Below, piece after piece: positions 1 through 10,503 of a stretch of 64,000 nucleotides of DNA (positions are counted from its first letter, which is position 1; each line of letters begins with the position of its first letter). Made by a program: the position numbers and the translations under genes. The notes under the pieces were generated by a model, which was not told where the DNA came from, did no database searches, and worked only from the letters and a program-made list of their open reading frames with translations. This DNA comes from Verrucomicrobiales bacterium (GTDB lineage Bacteria; Verrucomicrobiota; Verrucomicrobiia; Limisphaerales; JAYPXF01), in assembly GCA_002715965.1 (NCBI GenBank), contig PBAL01000022.1, positions 14,680 through 78,679 of the forward strand. Reading direction: 5' to 3'.

Positions 1-14
1 AAGTCGGATCCGGT

Positions 15-623
15 GTGGGCGCCCTGTTGTCGTCGATCAAGGACACCTGCAATGGAGTGGGACGATTCATCGGCATCGAGCCATTCGCCACTCACGCCAG
101 GTTTTGTCGCGATCGAAAATCTCTGGACGTTCGAGCCGGCCTGCTTGAGGAGATCGCCACTCAGCTGGACCCGGGGTCCTTCGACGTCGCTGTGATGAAC
201 CACGTGCTCGAACACACCATGAGTCCGACTTCCGTATTCGAGACCATCCGTGCGCTGCTGAAAACCGACGGCACATTCGTCGTGGAAGTGCCCAACATTG
301 CCGCACCCGGCTCACGTCTCAGCCACTTCTTCCACGTGGGCCACCACTACAACTTTTCAGCGCGAACCCTGCAGCGGCTCGCGATGAAGACCGGATTTGA
401 GATCGTCTGCATCGAAGAACTGGACGGCGACCTCCCCAAGACCCGCCTCTTCGGCATGTTCACAAAGTGCGACGATCCGAAGCACGACGTGGCTGAGCGA
501 TTCGTGCGCGATGATCCCAACGAACGCGCCAAGGCACTGCGCCGATACGAATCCTGGTACTGGGCCACCTTCGCATCCATCCGGAAGAAATTCACCCATT
601 GGAAACGCCAACGCGGTTGGTAG
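15..623 (+). CDS. Class I SAM-dependent methyltransferase, probably 5'-truncated by the window edge
   Basis: Motifs GIEP, FDVAVMNHVLEH and LKTDGTFVVEVPN typical of Methyltransf_23-like proteins. Confidence 0.75.
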   Translation: MGALLSSIKDTCNGVGRFIGIEPFATHARFCRDRKSLDVRAGLLEEIATQLDPGSFDVAVMNHVLEHTMSPTSVFETIRALLKTDGTFVVEVPNIAAPGSRLSHFFHVGHHYNFSARTLQRLAMKTGFEIVCIEELDGDLPKTRLFGMFTKCDDPKHDVAERFVRDDPNERAKALRRYESWYWATFASIRKKFTHWKRQRGW

Positions 624-673
624 CTTCGGAAGCTGTCCGAAGCATGCGAGCGACGAGCGCAGCGATGTCAGCG
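622..673. repeat. 52-bp dispersed intergenic repeat, copy 1
   Basis: 46/52 identical to 39326-39377 by manual alignment. Confidence 0.8.
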
Positions 674-692
674 AGGAGTCTTCCTCCTCAAC

Positions 693-718
693 AAAAAAGA
701 CGGCCCGCAGGCCGTCTT
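693..718 (-). terminator. Intrinsic terminator downstream of ndk
   Basis: aagacggcc-cgca-ggccgtctt hairpin with A6 tract on + strand (U tract on - strand). Confidence 0.8.
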
Positions 719-746
719 AAATATTCACTCAGGTGAACGGAATATC

Positions 747-1166
747 TCAGAACACCTCGCCGTCATTGAAGAACCGCTTCAACTCTGCCTCAGCCGCTTC
801 CGGACTGTCTGATGCGTGACAAATGTTCTTCATCTTGTCCAAGCCGAAGTCCCCGCGAATCGTACCTCTTTCTGCGATCGTGGAATCCGTCGGACCCAAA
901 AGATCGCGCACTTTCCCAATCGCACCGTCACCTTGAAGCGCCAATGCAATGACCGGCGACGATTGCATGAACTCCACAATCTCCGGAAAGAACGGCAGAT
1001 GGGCAATGTGCGAGTAATGCTCCTTCAAGAGATCCTCGCCCAGGTTCATCATCTTGATCCCTCGTATCGTAAATCCCGCATCCTGATAGCGCTTCAGCAC
1101 CTCACCGCTGAGCTGTTTCTCGATGCAGTCCGGTTTGAAAAGAATAAGAGTCGTTTCTTCAGCCAT
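747..1166 (-). CDS. ndk: Nucleoside diphosphate kinase
   Basis: MAEETTLILFKPD...GTIRGDFG...NICHASDS with catalytic His; start moved to ATG at 1166 (139 aa). Confidence 0.97.
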   Translation of the reverse strand: MAEETTLILFKPDCIEKQLSGEVLKRYQDAGFTIRGIKMMNLGEDLLKEHYSHIAHLPFFPEIVEFMQSSPVIALALQGDGAIGKVRDLLGPTDSTIAERGTIRGDFGLDKMKNICHASDSPEAAEAELKRFFNDGEVF

Positions 1167-1324
1167 GTCGTTTTCGTAAGAGCCTGCGATTCCTACACTT
1201 TGCCACGCGTCGGCGGCAAGGGTGAAGTTGGGAAGATCCGTCCGATCAGACCGATTGGTCGTCTCTGTCCGATCCTCACCAGCTTGACATTCCATCCACC
1301 CCACCGATATTAGCCACCTCCGAT

Positions 1325-1678
1325 GGGGGCGTCCTGGTTTCGACTGGACAAATACTCCTTCGGCCGCATGTCGAGGATGATTCGTTGGCCTCGTTAAACA
1401 CCGGATCAATCATTAATTGCCAATGAAGAAATGGCTCTCGCTGCTTAATTAACGCAACGACGTCTCACCCCGGACCCCGGCTAAGGGGATGAGGCGACGA
1501 CAGCCGGGTGGATCGGAAATGGGGACAGCGCATGACCGGTCGACGTTCTCATGCTGACTAAGCGGGCGGATTCGTGCCGGAGCGTTATCCCCCGTCGAAA
1601 ACCCATCTTCGGATAAACATGTAGACGTCGCAGGCAGGTTTGCCTAGGACGGGGGTTCGATTCCCCCCGCCTCCACCA
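1325..1678 (+). ncRNA. ssrA: tmRNA, tag peptide ANEEMALAA
   Basis: 5' GGGGGCG...GGTTTCGAC, 3' T-arm GGGGGTTCGATTCCCCC then GCCTCCACCA; tag ORF 1419-1448 ends ALAA-stop; 354 nt. Confidence 0.96.
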
Positions 1679-1835
1679 TATTTTAAAGGGGATCTTGTGT
1701 GTGGTTCGTTAGCGGCCAGATTGCGAACTATGCTCTTTCTCGATCGGGTCACTTCGATCAGGAATGTGGTCGACTTCGATCCGTTGGGACCGAGTTTGCA
1801 TTTACCATTTTCGCTCGGATGGCTAAGACAGTCGG

Positions 1836-2708
1836 ATGATCAGATCGATTGGAGTTCTCGCTACGGTCATGTCGGTGGGATTTTTCTGCGGTTGCGCGCT
1901 TGTCACGCCTGCACCGCGTCAGGTCGTATTTACCGCCATGGGCTGTGGTCCATACGACCGGGCTGCGGAAGCTGCACTGGAGCGGTTCATCAAACTCGAT
2001 AACCAAATCGCCACCAGCCAGTTCGTGGTGCATTGCGGTGACATTGTCACGGGAAGGAACACAGACTGGCCGGAATCCCAATACATCAGGGTCGCTGAAA
2101 TCTTGAAGAACGGAAACCGGATTCCGACCTTCATCGTTCCCGGGGACAACGAATGGAACGATCAAACCGATCCCGATCGCCACTGGGGTTATTGGGAGAA
2201 GCACTTCCTTGAGTTTGAACGACATTGGAAATTGCCGACGCCGGTGATGAGACAGGAAAACCGACCGGAGAACTTTGCGTTCAATCTGGATGGCACGCTG
2301 GTCATTGGCATCAACAAGGTTGGTGGAAAGGTTCACGATGCGGACGAATGGAAGCGCCGATTGTCCGACAATGGCCACTGGATCGCGATGCAGTTTGAGA
2401 AGCATCGGAAAGAGGCTCATTCGGCAGTCATCCTTGCCCAGGCGCGCGCCCCGGGAAATACCGACCAGTTCGTTGACAGCCTGATTGCTTCCGCGGCGAC
2501 GTTCGCCAAGCCGATCCTCTATCTCCACGCGGACGGACACAAGTGGTTCGTCAAAGAAGGAAACAGGGCAACGAACATCACGCATGTCCAGATGGACCTG
2601 ATCAGCTCCAATTTTCCGCCGATCCAGGTGACCGTAACCGGCGATCCCTCCAGTCCTTGGCTCTTTGACCGGCGTCAGAACAGCACCTTTTGGGGAACGG
2701 CGCGTTGA
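1836..2708 (+). CDS. Calcineurin-like metallophosphoesterase, probably a lipoprotein
   Basis: VHCGD, VPGDNEW and HADGH motifs; N-terminal hydrophobic segment followed by Cys. Confidence 0.75.
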   Translation: MIRSIGVLATVMSVGFFCGCALVTPAPRQVVFTAMGCGPYDRAAEAALERFIKLDNQIATSQFVVHCGDIVTGRNTDWPESQYIRVAEILKNGNRIPTFIVPGDNEWNDQTDPDRHWGYWEKHFLEFERHWKLPTPVMRQENRPENFAFNLDGTLVIGINKVGGKVHDADEWKRRLSDNGHWIAMQFEKHRKEAHSAVILAQARAPGNTDQFVDSLIASAATFAKPILYLHADGHKWFVKEGNRATNITHVQMDLISSNFPPIQVTVTGDPSSPWLFDRRQNSTFWGTAR

Positions 2709-2856
2709 GATCGAATCCGTCCGGAAGAGATCCATGGTTACTCAACTGTCTGATCTCCCTTGCACACACGCATCCTGCGGATGGCATCTGAAACTGACAC
2801 GGTAAGGCGGTTTTGCTTGCTTCGCTGGGAGGTGATGGGAGCGTGGTGATTGTTCC

Positions 2857-5800
2857 ATGCGCGTGGCCTTGAATTTAACAGCAATGCTGATCCTGCTGTC
2901 GGTGCCGCCGGCGGAGATTCATGCTGCGCCGGACTATCTGCGCGAGATCAAGCCGCTCTTGGAACACAAGTGCTTCGCGTGTCATGGAGGCTTGAAGCAG
3001 AAGGCGGGGCTTCGGTTGGATACGATTGCGAACATGTTGCGCGGTGGTCGAACCGGGGCCGCGGTGGTATCGGGTGACCCGATGAAGAGTCTTCTCCTGC
3101 GCAGGGTTCGTGAAACGGATGAGTCGAAGCGAATGCCGCAGGAATCCGGGGCTTTGACGGCTGAGGAGATTTCTTTGTTGGAGCGATGGATCGCGGGTGG
3201 CGTGCAAGAGTTGGCGAACGAAGAGGAGCAGATCGATCCGAAGAGGTATTGGTCCTATCAATTGGTTCGTCGGCCTATGGTGCCGAAGGGCGCGGGTTTC
3301 GATCACCCGATCGACGCGTTTCTCGGCGCGAGACACCAGCGGCTGGATCTCAGGCCGGGACCGCTGGCCGACAAGGCAACCCTTTTGCGCCGGGTTTACC
3401 TGGATCTGGTCGGTGTGCCTCCGACACCGGATGAACTGCGAGAGTTTGCATGTGACTCTTCAGGAGAGGCATACACGAAGGTGGTCGATCGTTTGCTGAA
3501 TGATCCGAGGTACGGTGAGCGTTGGGGACGGCACTGGATGGATGTGTGGCGTTACAGCGACTGGTACGGCCGGAGGGCGCCGAATGAAATCCGCTACAGC
3601 ATGCGCCACATCTGGCGATGGCGGGATTGGATCGTGGAATCATTGAACGCGGACAAGGGCTACGATCGGATGGTGTTGGAGATGTTGGCGGGGGATGAAG
3701 TGGCGCCAGAGAATTCCGGTTCGTTGGCCGCGACGGGCTTTATCGGTCGGAACTGGTACAAGTTTGATCGGAATGTCTGGATGTTCGATGTGGTCGAACG
3801 CACGAGCCAGGGCCTGCTGGGACTGACGATGCGTTGCGCGCGGTGTCATGATCACAAGTACGATCCGATCACGCATGAGGATTATTATCGATTTCGCGCC
3901 TTCTTCGAACCTCATGGAGTGCGGACCGATCCGGTCGATGCCAAGCAGGAAAAGGAGAAGGACAACAACAAGGAGCTGGTTCTGAAGCAGGGACTCTCGC
4001 GGGTGTTTGACGAGAAGCTGGATGCGAAGACCTATCTGTTTCGTCGCGGGGATGATCGCAGTCCGGACAAGTCTCGCGATTTGAGTCCGGCGGTTCCGGC
4101 TTCCTTGACGCGCTCGCCGGTTGTCGTCAGTAAAGTCAACCTTCCTCCAGTCGCGTTCTATCCGGCGCTACACCCGCAAATGATTGAGCGACAACGAATC
4201 GCTTTGGCCCAAGGCATAACGACGGCCAAGCTGGAAACCCAGAAGGTCATGGAAAAGCGTGAGGCGTTGAAGACGCGGATCGCGGCCATCAAGGCCGGCC
4301 AGGAATCGATTCCGAAAGGCGACTCGCTGTTTTTTTCGGACACCTTCGATTCCGAACGCAAGGACGTGTGGAAGAAAGGGAAGGGCAGTTGGGTTTGGCA
4401 GGATGGGTTGTTAAAGCAGACGCAGGTGACCAGTTTTGCCACGGTGGTGAGCAGGACGAATCACCCGCCCAACTTTCGCGTGAAGGTCCGCTATCGGCCG
4501 CTACAGCCCGGTCACTTTCGCTCGGTAGGGTTCAGCTTCGACTATCACTCGGGGAATTCACAGGACGTCTACACGAGCACGGGCGATGCCCGGCAAAGCG
4601 TGCAGGCCTTTCATCGTCTGAAAGGAAAACGAATCTACCCGCGGGAAGGAATCATTCGCACGGAGTTGAAAGTCGATGAAGTGGCCACGATCCAAGCGGA
4701 GGCTCGCGGGCGGCAGTTGAAGATCTGGCTCAATGGCGAGTTGAAACTCGAATACGAAATGCCGGTGGTCCGCCGGCCAGGAAAGTTTGCCCTGTGGGTT
4801 CACAGCGGAGTGGCTGAGTTCCTGGATGTGGAGATGATCGGTCTTGAGAATACGCTTTCCGATCTTCAGCGTGAGTTGGCCAAGTTGGCCGACTCGATTG
4901 AGACCAAGCGCATTGGCGAGTCGATCGCTGAGGCCAAGCAAGCTTCGTTCGAACGGAGAGCAATTGCCGAGCAGGCAAAATACTCGGGACGTCCGGAAAC
5001 CAATGACCTCTTCCGGGCGGCCGCCAAGGCGGAAGCAAAAGTGAACGTGCTGCAAACCCGGCTGGATCTCCGGTCCGGCGTTGATAAAAAGAAAAGCGAA
5101 GCCGCGCTGAAGAAGGCTGAGGACACCTTCGCAAATCCCGGTCTGGAATACGCGCCCTTGGGAGAGATTCACCCCGCCACCAGCACCGGCCGGCGGACGG
5201 CGCTGGCCCGATGGATTGGTTCACGGGAAAACCCCAGGACGGCGCGCGTTGCGGTCAACCACATGTGGTTGCGTCATTTCGGAACGGCCCTCGTGCCCAG
5301 CGTCTCCAACTTCGGCCTCAACGGAAAACGGCCGACGCATCCCGAACTGCTCGACTGGCTCGCGAGCGAGTTGATGGACAATGATTGGAGCATGAAACAT
5401 GTGCATCGCCTGATGGTCACTTCCGCGGCCTATCGCCGTTCGACCAAGCCTGTGCCGGGTGATCCGGACAACCGTCAATACGTGCGCATGAATTCGCGGC
5501 GCATGGAGGCCGAAGCCGTGCGCGACTCCATTCTGCATCTGAGCAACGGCTTGGATTACGCGATGGGTGATGAAGACATCGACGATACGAAAGGCGACAG
5601 CGTGCCACGCCGGACCCTGTATTTCCGGGCGACACCCGACCGTCAAATGCAACTGACCACCGCGTTTGATGCGGCCAATCCCAATGCCTGTTATCGTCGT
5701 GAGACCAGCGTGGTTCCAAATCAATCGTTGGCCTTGTTCAATGGAGCGCTCGCCCAGGATCGAGCGCGGGTGTTGGCACGCGAATTGCACGGCAGACACC

Positions 5801-6051
5801 ACGAAGATCAGGAATTTGTGAAGGCTGCCTGGATTAACGTCTTGAGTTGTGAGGCATCCGGGAAGCAGGTTGAGCTCATGAAATCGTTCCTCTCGAAACA
5901 ACGCGCCTTGCTGAAAGACACTTCCGGGATGCAACGATTCACGCCCGGGGTGAATTCCCAGGTGGCGCCTGCGGAAGATCCAGGCGTTCGCGCCCGCGAG
6001 AATCTCGTGCACGCGTTGTTTAACCACAATGAGTTCATCACCATCCGATGA
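2857..6051 (+). CDS. Planctomycete-type cytochrome c / DUF1549 (PSD1) / DUF1553 protein with inserted beta-sandwich domain
   Basis: CFACH and CARCH heme motifs, YGERWGRHWMDVWRY, PTHPELLDWLA, signal peptide. Confidence 0.92.
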   Translation: MRVALNLTAMLILLSVPPAEIHAAPDYLREIKPLLEHKCFACHGGLKQKAGLRLDTIANMLRGGRTGAAVVSGDPMKSLLLRRVRETDESKRMPQESGALTAEEISLLERWIAGGVQELANEEEQIDPKRYWSYQLVRRPMVPKGAGFDHPIDAFLGARHQRLDLRPGPLADKATLLRRVYLDLVGVPPTPDELREFACDSSGEAYTKVVDRLLNDPRYGERWGRHWMDVWRYSDWYGRRAPNEIRYSMRHIWRWRDWIVESLNADKGYDRMVLEMLAGDEVAPENSGSLAATGFIGRNWYKFDRNVWMFDVVERTSQGLLGLTMRCARCHDHKYDPITHEDYYRFRAFFEPHGVRTDPVDAKQEKEKDNNKELVLKQGLSRVFDEKLDAKTYLFRRGDDRSPDKSRDLSPAVPASLTRSPVVVSKVNLPPVAFYPALHPQMIERQRIALAQGITTAKLETQKVMEKREALKTRIAAIKAGQESIPKGDSLFFSDTFDSERKDVWKKGKGSWVWQDGLLKQTQVTSFATVVSRTNHPPNFRVKVRYRPLQPGHFRSVGFSFDYHSGNSQDVYTSTGDARQSVQAFHRLKGKRIYPREGIIRTELKVDEVATIQAEARGRQLKIWLNGELKLEYEMPVVRRPGKFALWVHSGVAEFLDVEMIGLENTLSDLQRELAKLADSIETKRIGESIAEAKQASFERRAIAEQAKYSGRPETNDLFRAAAKAEAKVNVLQTRLDLRSGVDKKKSEAALKKAEDTFANPGLEYAPLGEIHPATSTGRRTALARWIGSRENPRTARVAVNHMWLRHFGTALVPSVSNFGLNGKRPTHPELLDWLASELMDNDWSMKHVHRLMVTSAAYRRSTKPVPGDPDNRQYVRMNSRRMEAEAVRDSILHLSNGLDYAMGDEDIDDTKGDSVPRRTLYFRATPDRQMQLTTAFDAANPNACYRRETSVVPNQSLALFNGALAQDRARVLARELHGRHHEDQEFVKAAWINVLSCEASGKQVELMKSFLSKQRALLKDTSGMQRFTPGVNSQVAPAEDPGVRARENLVHALFNHNEFITIR

Positions 6052-6269
6052 GGGACTCTGGTGGACAGGGCGCATTCGAGTTGCAAACCGATGTAGCGGA
6101 ATTTGAAAAAATTCCGACCGTGGCGTGGGCTCATCGGAAGATTTTGCATCTTCCGCCAAGTGACTATTTCACGATCCGGTGGCGAAGTCCGAATGCGCCC
6201 TTATGAAGAGATGTCCGTGATCCCTGCGTTGCATCCACGAAAAGTTCTGCTTAAATCAAACAGTCATCC

Positions 6270-7709
6270 ATGAGCCACTCGCCGCCAAACCGCCGACAGT
6301 TCCTCGCCGATACCGGAATGGGTTTCACCGGTCTGGCCTTGGGCTCATTGCTGGCGGGCGAGGGCATTTCGCGCGCGGATTCCACGGTGCCATCCGGGAT
6401 CGCCGAGATAGCGCCCAAGGCCAAGAGCGTCATCTGGCTGTTCATGCTCGGGGGCACGAGCCACATGGAGAGTTTCGATCCGAAACCGGCGCTCAATCAG
6501 CATGTGGACAAGACCTTTGAGGAGACTCCCTTTGGCGACAACGTCCTGAACTCACCTTTCTATCGCAAGAACGTTCGCGACTTCGCCGGAGTGCCGCGCG
6601 ATTTGATGCCGAAGATCTATCCGCTTCAGATCGGCAGCCGCCCACAGGGACAGAGCGGAATCGAGATGAGCGACTGGTGGCCGCACCTCGCGACCTGTGT
6701 GGATGATCTCGCCATCGTGCGTTCCATGTGGACGACGGACAACGATCACGCGGCTCAGCTTCAGTTTCATACCGGACGCCACATATTTGACGGGCTGTAT
6801 CCGAGCATTGGCTCCTGGGTGCACTATGGATTGGGCACGGCGAACAAGAACCTGCCGCAGTTCGTCGTCATGGGGCCGCCACCGAGGGATTGCTGCGGTG
6901 GCGTGGGCGCGCACGGCGCGAGTTACCTCGGGCCGGAACACGCCGGCGTGAAGATTTCGACCGATCCCGACAACCCGCTTCAATTTGGAACACCCGGAGA
7001 TCGCGTTTATCTCGCCGAACGCCGGCAACAACTGGAACTTCTCAACGACCTGCACGAACTGACGGCTGTCGAATACCCGAACGACGCCACCATGCGCGCG
7101 CGGATCAAGTCCTACGAGCTTGCGTTCCGCATGCAAATGGCCGTGCCGGACGTGGTGTCCATGCAGAGCGAAACGGACGCGACCAAAGATCTGTATGGCC
7201 TGGATGGCAAGGAAACCAGAACCTTCGGTCAACAATGCCTCATCGCCCGTCGCCTGGTCGAAAACGGCGTGCGTTTCGTTCAGCTCTATCACGACGGCTG
7301 GGATGCCCATAGGGCGCTCTACAAGAATCACAGTGGGAACACGCGGCAGGTGGATCAACCCATCGCGGGCTTGTTGAAAGACCTCAAGCAACGCGGCCTG
7401 CTTGATGAAACGCTCGTGGTTTGGGCGACCGAATTTGGCCGTACCCCCGGCGCCCAGAATGCCGATGGCCGCGATCATCATCCCTACGGTTTTTCAGTGT
7501 GGCTTGCCGGTGGCGGAATCAAGGGCGGCATGACCCACGGCGCCACCGACGAACTCGGTTTTCATGCCGTGGAGAATCGCCACTACGTGACGGATATCCA
7601 CGCCACCGTTCTGCATCAATTGGGTTTGAATCCCCGCAGCCTGGAAGTTCCCGGGCACAAACGGCTGGAGATCGATTTCGGCAGCCCGATCAGGGAGATC
7701 ATCGCATAG
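6270..7709 (+). CDS. DUF1501 domain protein with Tat signal
   Basis: NRRQFL twin-arginine motif, [34 protein letters not shown]; usual partner of DUF1553 genes. Confidence 0.92.
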   Translation: MSHSPPNRRQFLADTGMGFTGLALGSLLAGEGISRADSTVPSGIAEIAPKAKSVIWLFMLGGTSHMESFDPKPALNQHVDKTFEETPFGDNVLNSPFYRKNVRDFAGVPRDLMPKIYPLQIGSRPQGQSGIEMSDWWPHLATCVDDLAIVRSMWTTDNDHAAQLQFHTGRHIFDGLYPSIGSWVHYGLGTANKNLPQFVVMGPPPRDCCGGVGAHGASYLGPEHAGVKISTDPDNPLQFGTPGDRVYLAERRQQLELLNDLHELTAVEYPNDATMRARIKSYELAFRMQMAVPDVVSMQSETDATKDLYGLDGKETRTFGQQCLIARRLVENGVRFVQLYHDGWDAHRALYKNHSGNTRQVDQPIAGLLKDLKQRGLLDETLVVWATEFGRTPGAQNADGRDHHPYGFSVWLAGGGIKGGMTHGATDELGFHAVENRHYVTDIHATVLHQLGLNPRSLEVPGHKRLEIDFGSPIREIIA

Positions 7710-7963
7710 GCGAATCAACATCGAACCTGGCGCAAAACGGAGCACATCTGATTTCGTTCATCAGAAGACTAATTGGTTTCCAATCGAGAGGCAGGACATA
7801 CCAGAGCAGACGGCTTGGGCTTTGAATTCTTTGGTGTATCGCTTGCGAGGCATTAACATGACTGTCGATTGTCTCCTATCTGGTGGTCCAGAAATCTAGC
7901 GCACCTCAAGCTGACGCGGGTTTTCGACTTGTTGCATACATCGCTTCGCTGTGACACACGAAG

Positions 7964-9409
7964 CTACTTGCGGCGCGGGTCCCAGACGGGATCAATCATA
8001 TCGCCGTTGAGTTCCTCCCATTCGTGGCGGAGGCGCGAGGCGATTTCAGGTTCGGTGGTGGCGAGGTTCTTCGTTTCGCCGATGTCCTTGGATAGATTGT
8101 AGAGTTCCCAATCGTTCCCCTGTCCACGACGCGGATTCCGCAGCAGCTTCCAATCGCCGGAGCGAATTGCCGCGCGGTTGCCGATACGCCAAAACAGTTT
8201 GTCATGTGGCCGGCCTGTCTTCTTGCCGGTCAGGTAGGGAATTAGATTCACACCGTCGTATTTCTTCTTCCGGTCGAGCGTCACATCAGCCAAGGCACAG
8301 GCCGTGGCGAAGATGTCGGGCGAGAGAATCGGGTTTTCGTAAGTCGTTTTGCCCGGAAGGCGTCCTTTCCATTGGGCAATGAACGGCACGCGCAATCCGC
8401 CTTCATACACGCTCCCTTTGCCGTCGCGCAGCGGCAGGTTGCTGGAAGTCAGTTCACGGGTTGGGCCGCCATTATCACTGAGGAAGAAGATCAGCGTGTC
8501 GCGTTCGAGTTTCTTCTCTCGAAGTTTCTTCAGCACGTCTCCAACGCTCTCATCCATGTTGGCAAGCATCGCGGCAAAGATACGTCGTTGGATGTCCTCG
8601 ATGTGGGCAAACTTTTGCATGTATTTGTCCGTGCCCTGCAGAGGACTGTGCACGGCGTTGTATGCGAGATAGAGGAAGAAGGGTTTGTCGGCATTGCGAT
8701 CGATGAAATCCACGGCTTCGCGCGTGAAGGCGTCGGTTAGATACTCGCGTTCTTCGACTGGTTGGCCCGCACGGTAGATGGGATTGTCCGCGTCATAATC
8801 GGGTTCGGTGTTCCCCATGTGCGTGGTGAAGATGAGTTTCTGATCCGCGGAGATCCAACGACCTGATCCACCGCCGGGCAGGACCTTGCGTCGAAGCCAG
8901 GTGGTCGTGCCATGATACGGTGGCGGGACGAAGTAATGACCTTCGTGCATGAACCCGAAGAACTCATCGAAGCCTCTTCGGATGGGGTTGTACTTCGCTG
9001 TTCCACCGAGGTGCCACTTGCCGACAAGGCCGGTGATGTAGCCGGCGCTCACGAGCAGATCGGCGATGGTCTTCTCCCGGGTGGGCAGGCCGGCGTTTGG
9101 GTCTTCGTTTTTGGCGCCGGTCGGATTGTATTCGTAACCAAAGCGCGTCTGGTAGCGACCGGTCATCAGTCCCGCACGAGAGGCACTGCAAAAGGCTGCG
9201 GTCACGTAACCTTGTGTGAATCGCACACCATTGCGGGCGAGTGAATCGATGTGGGGGGTGGGAATCTCCGGATTGCCCTGGCAACCGAGTTCCCCGTAGC
9301 CGAGGTCGTCGGCCAGCAGAAGAATTATGTTTGGGAGTTTGCGTTCGGCAGATGGGGCCGCCCACGTGAAGCAGGCCAACAGTACCGGGGCAAAGATGCG
9401 TGAAGTCAT
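7964..9409 (-). CDS. Sulfatase (formylglycine-dependent, arylsulfatase A-like)
   Basis: PNIILLLADDLGYG, CSASRAGLMTGR, GKWHLG, SDNGG. Confidence 0.95.
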   Translation of the reverse strand: MTSRIFAPVLLACFTWAAPSAERKLPNIILLLADDLGYGELGCQGNPEIPTPHIDSLARNGVRFTQGYVTAAFCSASRAGLMTGRYQTRFGYEYNPTGAKNEDPNAGLPTREKTIADLLVSAGYITGLVGKWHLGGTAKYNPIRRGFDEFFGFMHEGHYFVPPPYHGTTTWLRRKVLPGGGSGRWISADQKLIFTTHMGNTEPDYDADNPIYRAGQPVEEREYLTDAFTREAVDFIDRNADKPFFLYLAYNAVHSPLQGTDKYMQKFAHIEDIQRRIFAAMLANMDESVGDVLKKLREKKLERDTLIFFLSDNGGPTRELTSSNLPLRDGKGSVYEGGLRVPFIAQWKGRLPGKTTYENPILSPDIFATACALADVTLDRKKKYDGVNLIPYLTGKKTGRPHDKLFWRIGNRAAIRSGDWKLLRNPRRGQGNDWELYNLSKDIGETKNLATTEPEIASRLRHEWEELNGDMIDPVWDPRRK

Positions 9410-10473
9410 GGTGAAGGAGGGGGGAGCATTTCAACGACGATCCGTCGGGGATCGAAAACTCCGAGTTCCAGCAATTCGGCGTTGCGAAAGATCTCACGTG
9501 ACATGGGGCGTCGGGGCAATCCGGTATCCTGTCGTTGTCGCTCGACTTCCTGGATCGAGAGAACGTCGAGCGCCACGGGATCCTTGGAGAAGCGCAACTG
9601 ACCCAGCACTTTCGAATAGTGGAGCAGGTTTTTTGCTTCACCCTGGTACTGGCAGATCAGGCCATCGACAATCACCACGGCCAATCGATCGAATATCTCA
9701 GGTTTGCCGAAGATCTCCGGCACGGCTTCAGTGAGCCCGCGGGATCGGGATTCGAAACGGATGGTGTTGTCGACCGATCCCATCGCGAGATTAAACATGG
9801 CGCCCGACACCCCTGCCGTGTTGTGGTTGAGGAGGGGCACAATGACGATGTGCTTGGTGATATCCTTGGTAATCAGTTTGGACATGTACGATTTGCGGCC
9901 AACATTCGGTCCTTTCTTGCCGAATTCAAAATCACCCCAGACGGGTTTGCCGGTGAGTGGAGATTCATAGGATACCTCGGGGTCCCAACCGGCGGAAATG
10001 CTGCTGGCGATCTGCACGCCGTAACGTTCTTTGAGTTCGTAGAATCCGGCGAGCCGGAGTGTGCCCAGTTGCTTGTCCCAGATAATGATCTTTCCGGGTA
10101 CAACCCCGATTTCGACCAATTGTTCGATCACAGCGGCCACCACCACCGGGCGAGTGCCGATGATTTTTCCCGGCGTGGAAAAGACCTTGATACCGATCGT
10201 GTCGTTGGGCGTGACCAACGAGCGCCAGCCATCGAGAAGATTGGTCTCGGTCAGCGCCTGAATTCCTGCGCGGACCATCTTTTTGACGACATGCGGCTGT
10301 GGGTTGTAGGTCTCCATGGAATTTGGATCCGACACGACCACGACGCGCGAAGTGGGCAGGTTCACCCGGCCCGACGAAAGCAGTTCGCTCCCGTTGACCG
10401 ACGCGCCGGAGACGGTCCGGCAGACGATCATCAACAATCCAATGAGTGCTACGAATGGTGGGGTTCTTGACAC
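9406..10473 (-). CDS. DUF362 domain protein, secreted; start uncertain (GTG 10473 chosen)
   Basis: DTIGIKV...TRPVVVAAVI, VPLLNHNTAGVSGAMFNL, SKDPVALD motifs; 4-bp overlap with the sulfatase start. Confidence 0.75.
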   Translation of the reverse strand: MSRTPPFVALIGLLMIVCRTVSGASVNGSELLSSGRVNLPTSRVVVVSDPNSMETYNPQPHVVKKMVRAGIQALTETNLLDGWRSLVTPNDTIGIKVFSTPGKIIGTRPVVVAAVIEQLVEIGVVPGKIIIWDKQLGTLRLAGFYELKERYGVQIASSISAGWDPEVSYESPLTGKPVWGDFEFGKKGPNVGRKSYMSKLITKDITKHIVIVPLLNHNTAGVSGAMFNLAMGSVDNTIRFESRSRGLTEAVPEIFGKPEIFDRLAVVIVDGLICQYQGEAKNLLHYSKVLGQLRFSKDPVALDVLSIQEVERQRQDTGLPRRPMSREIFRNAELLELGVFDPRRIVVEMLPPPSP

Positions 10474-10503
10474 CGCAAGCGGTGGATGGTACCAGCAGCA
10501 TTC

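Noticed and set aside
1167-1409. N-terminal extension of the 220-aa ndk ORF
   Set aside because: It overlaps tmRNA antisense, and NDK homology begins at MAEETT (1166)
1660-1678. tmRNA 3' end as an island attachment site
   Set aside because: I found no integrase and no second copy of the tmRNA 3' end in the window by eye
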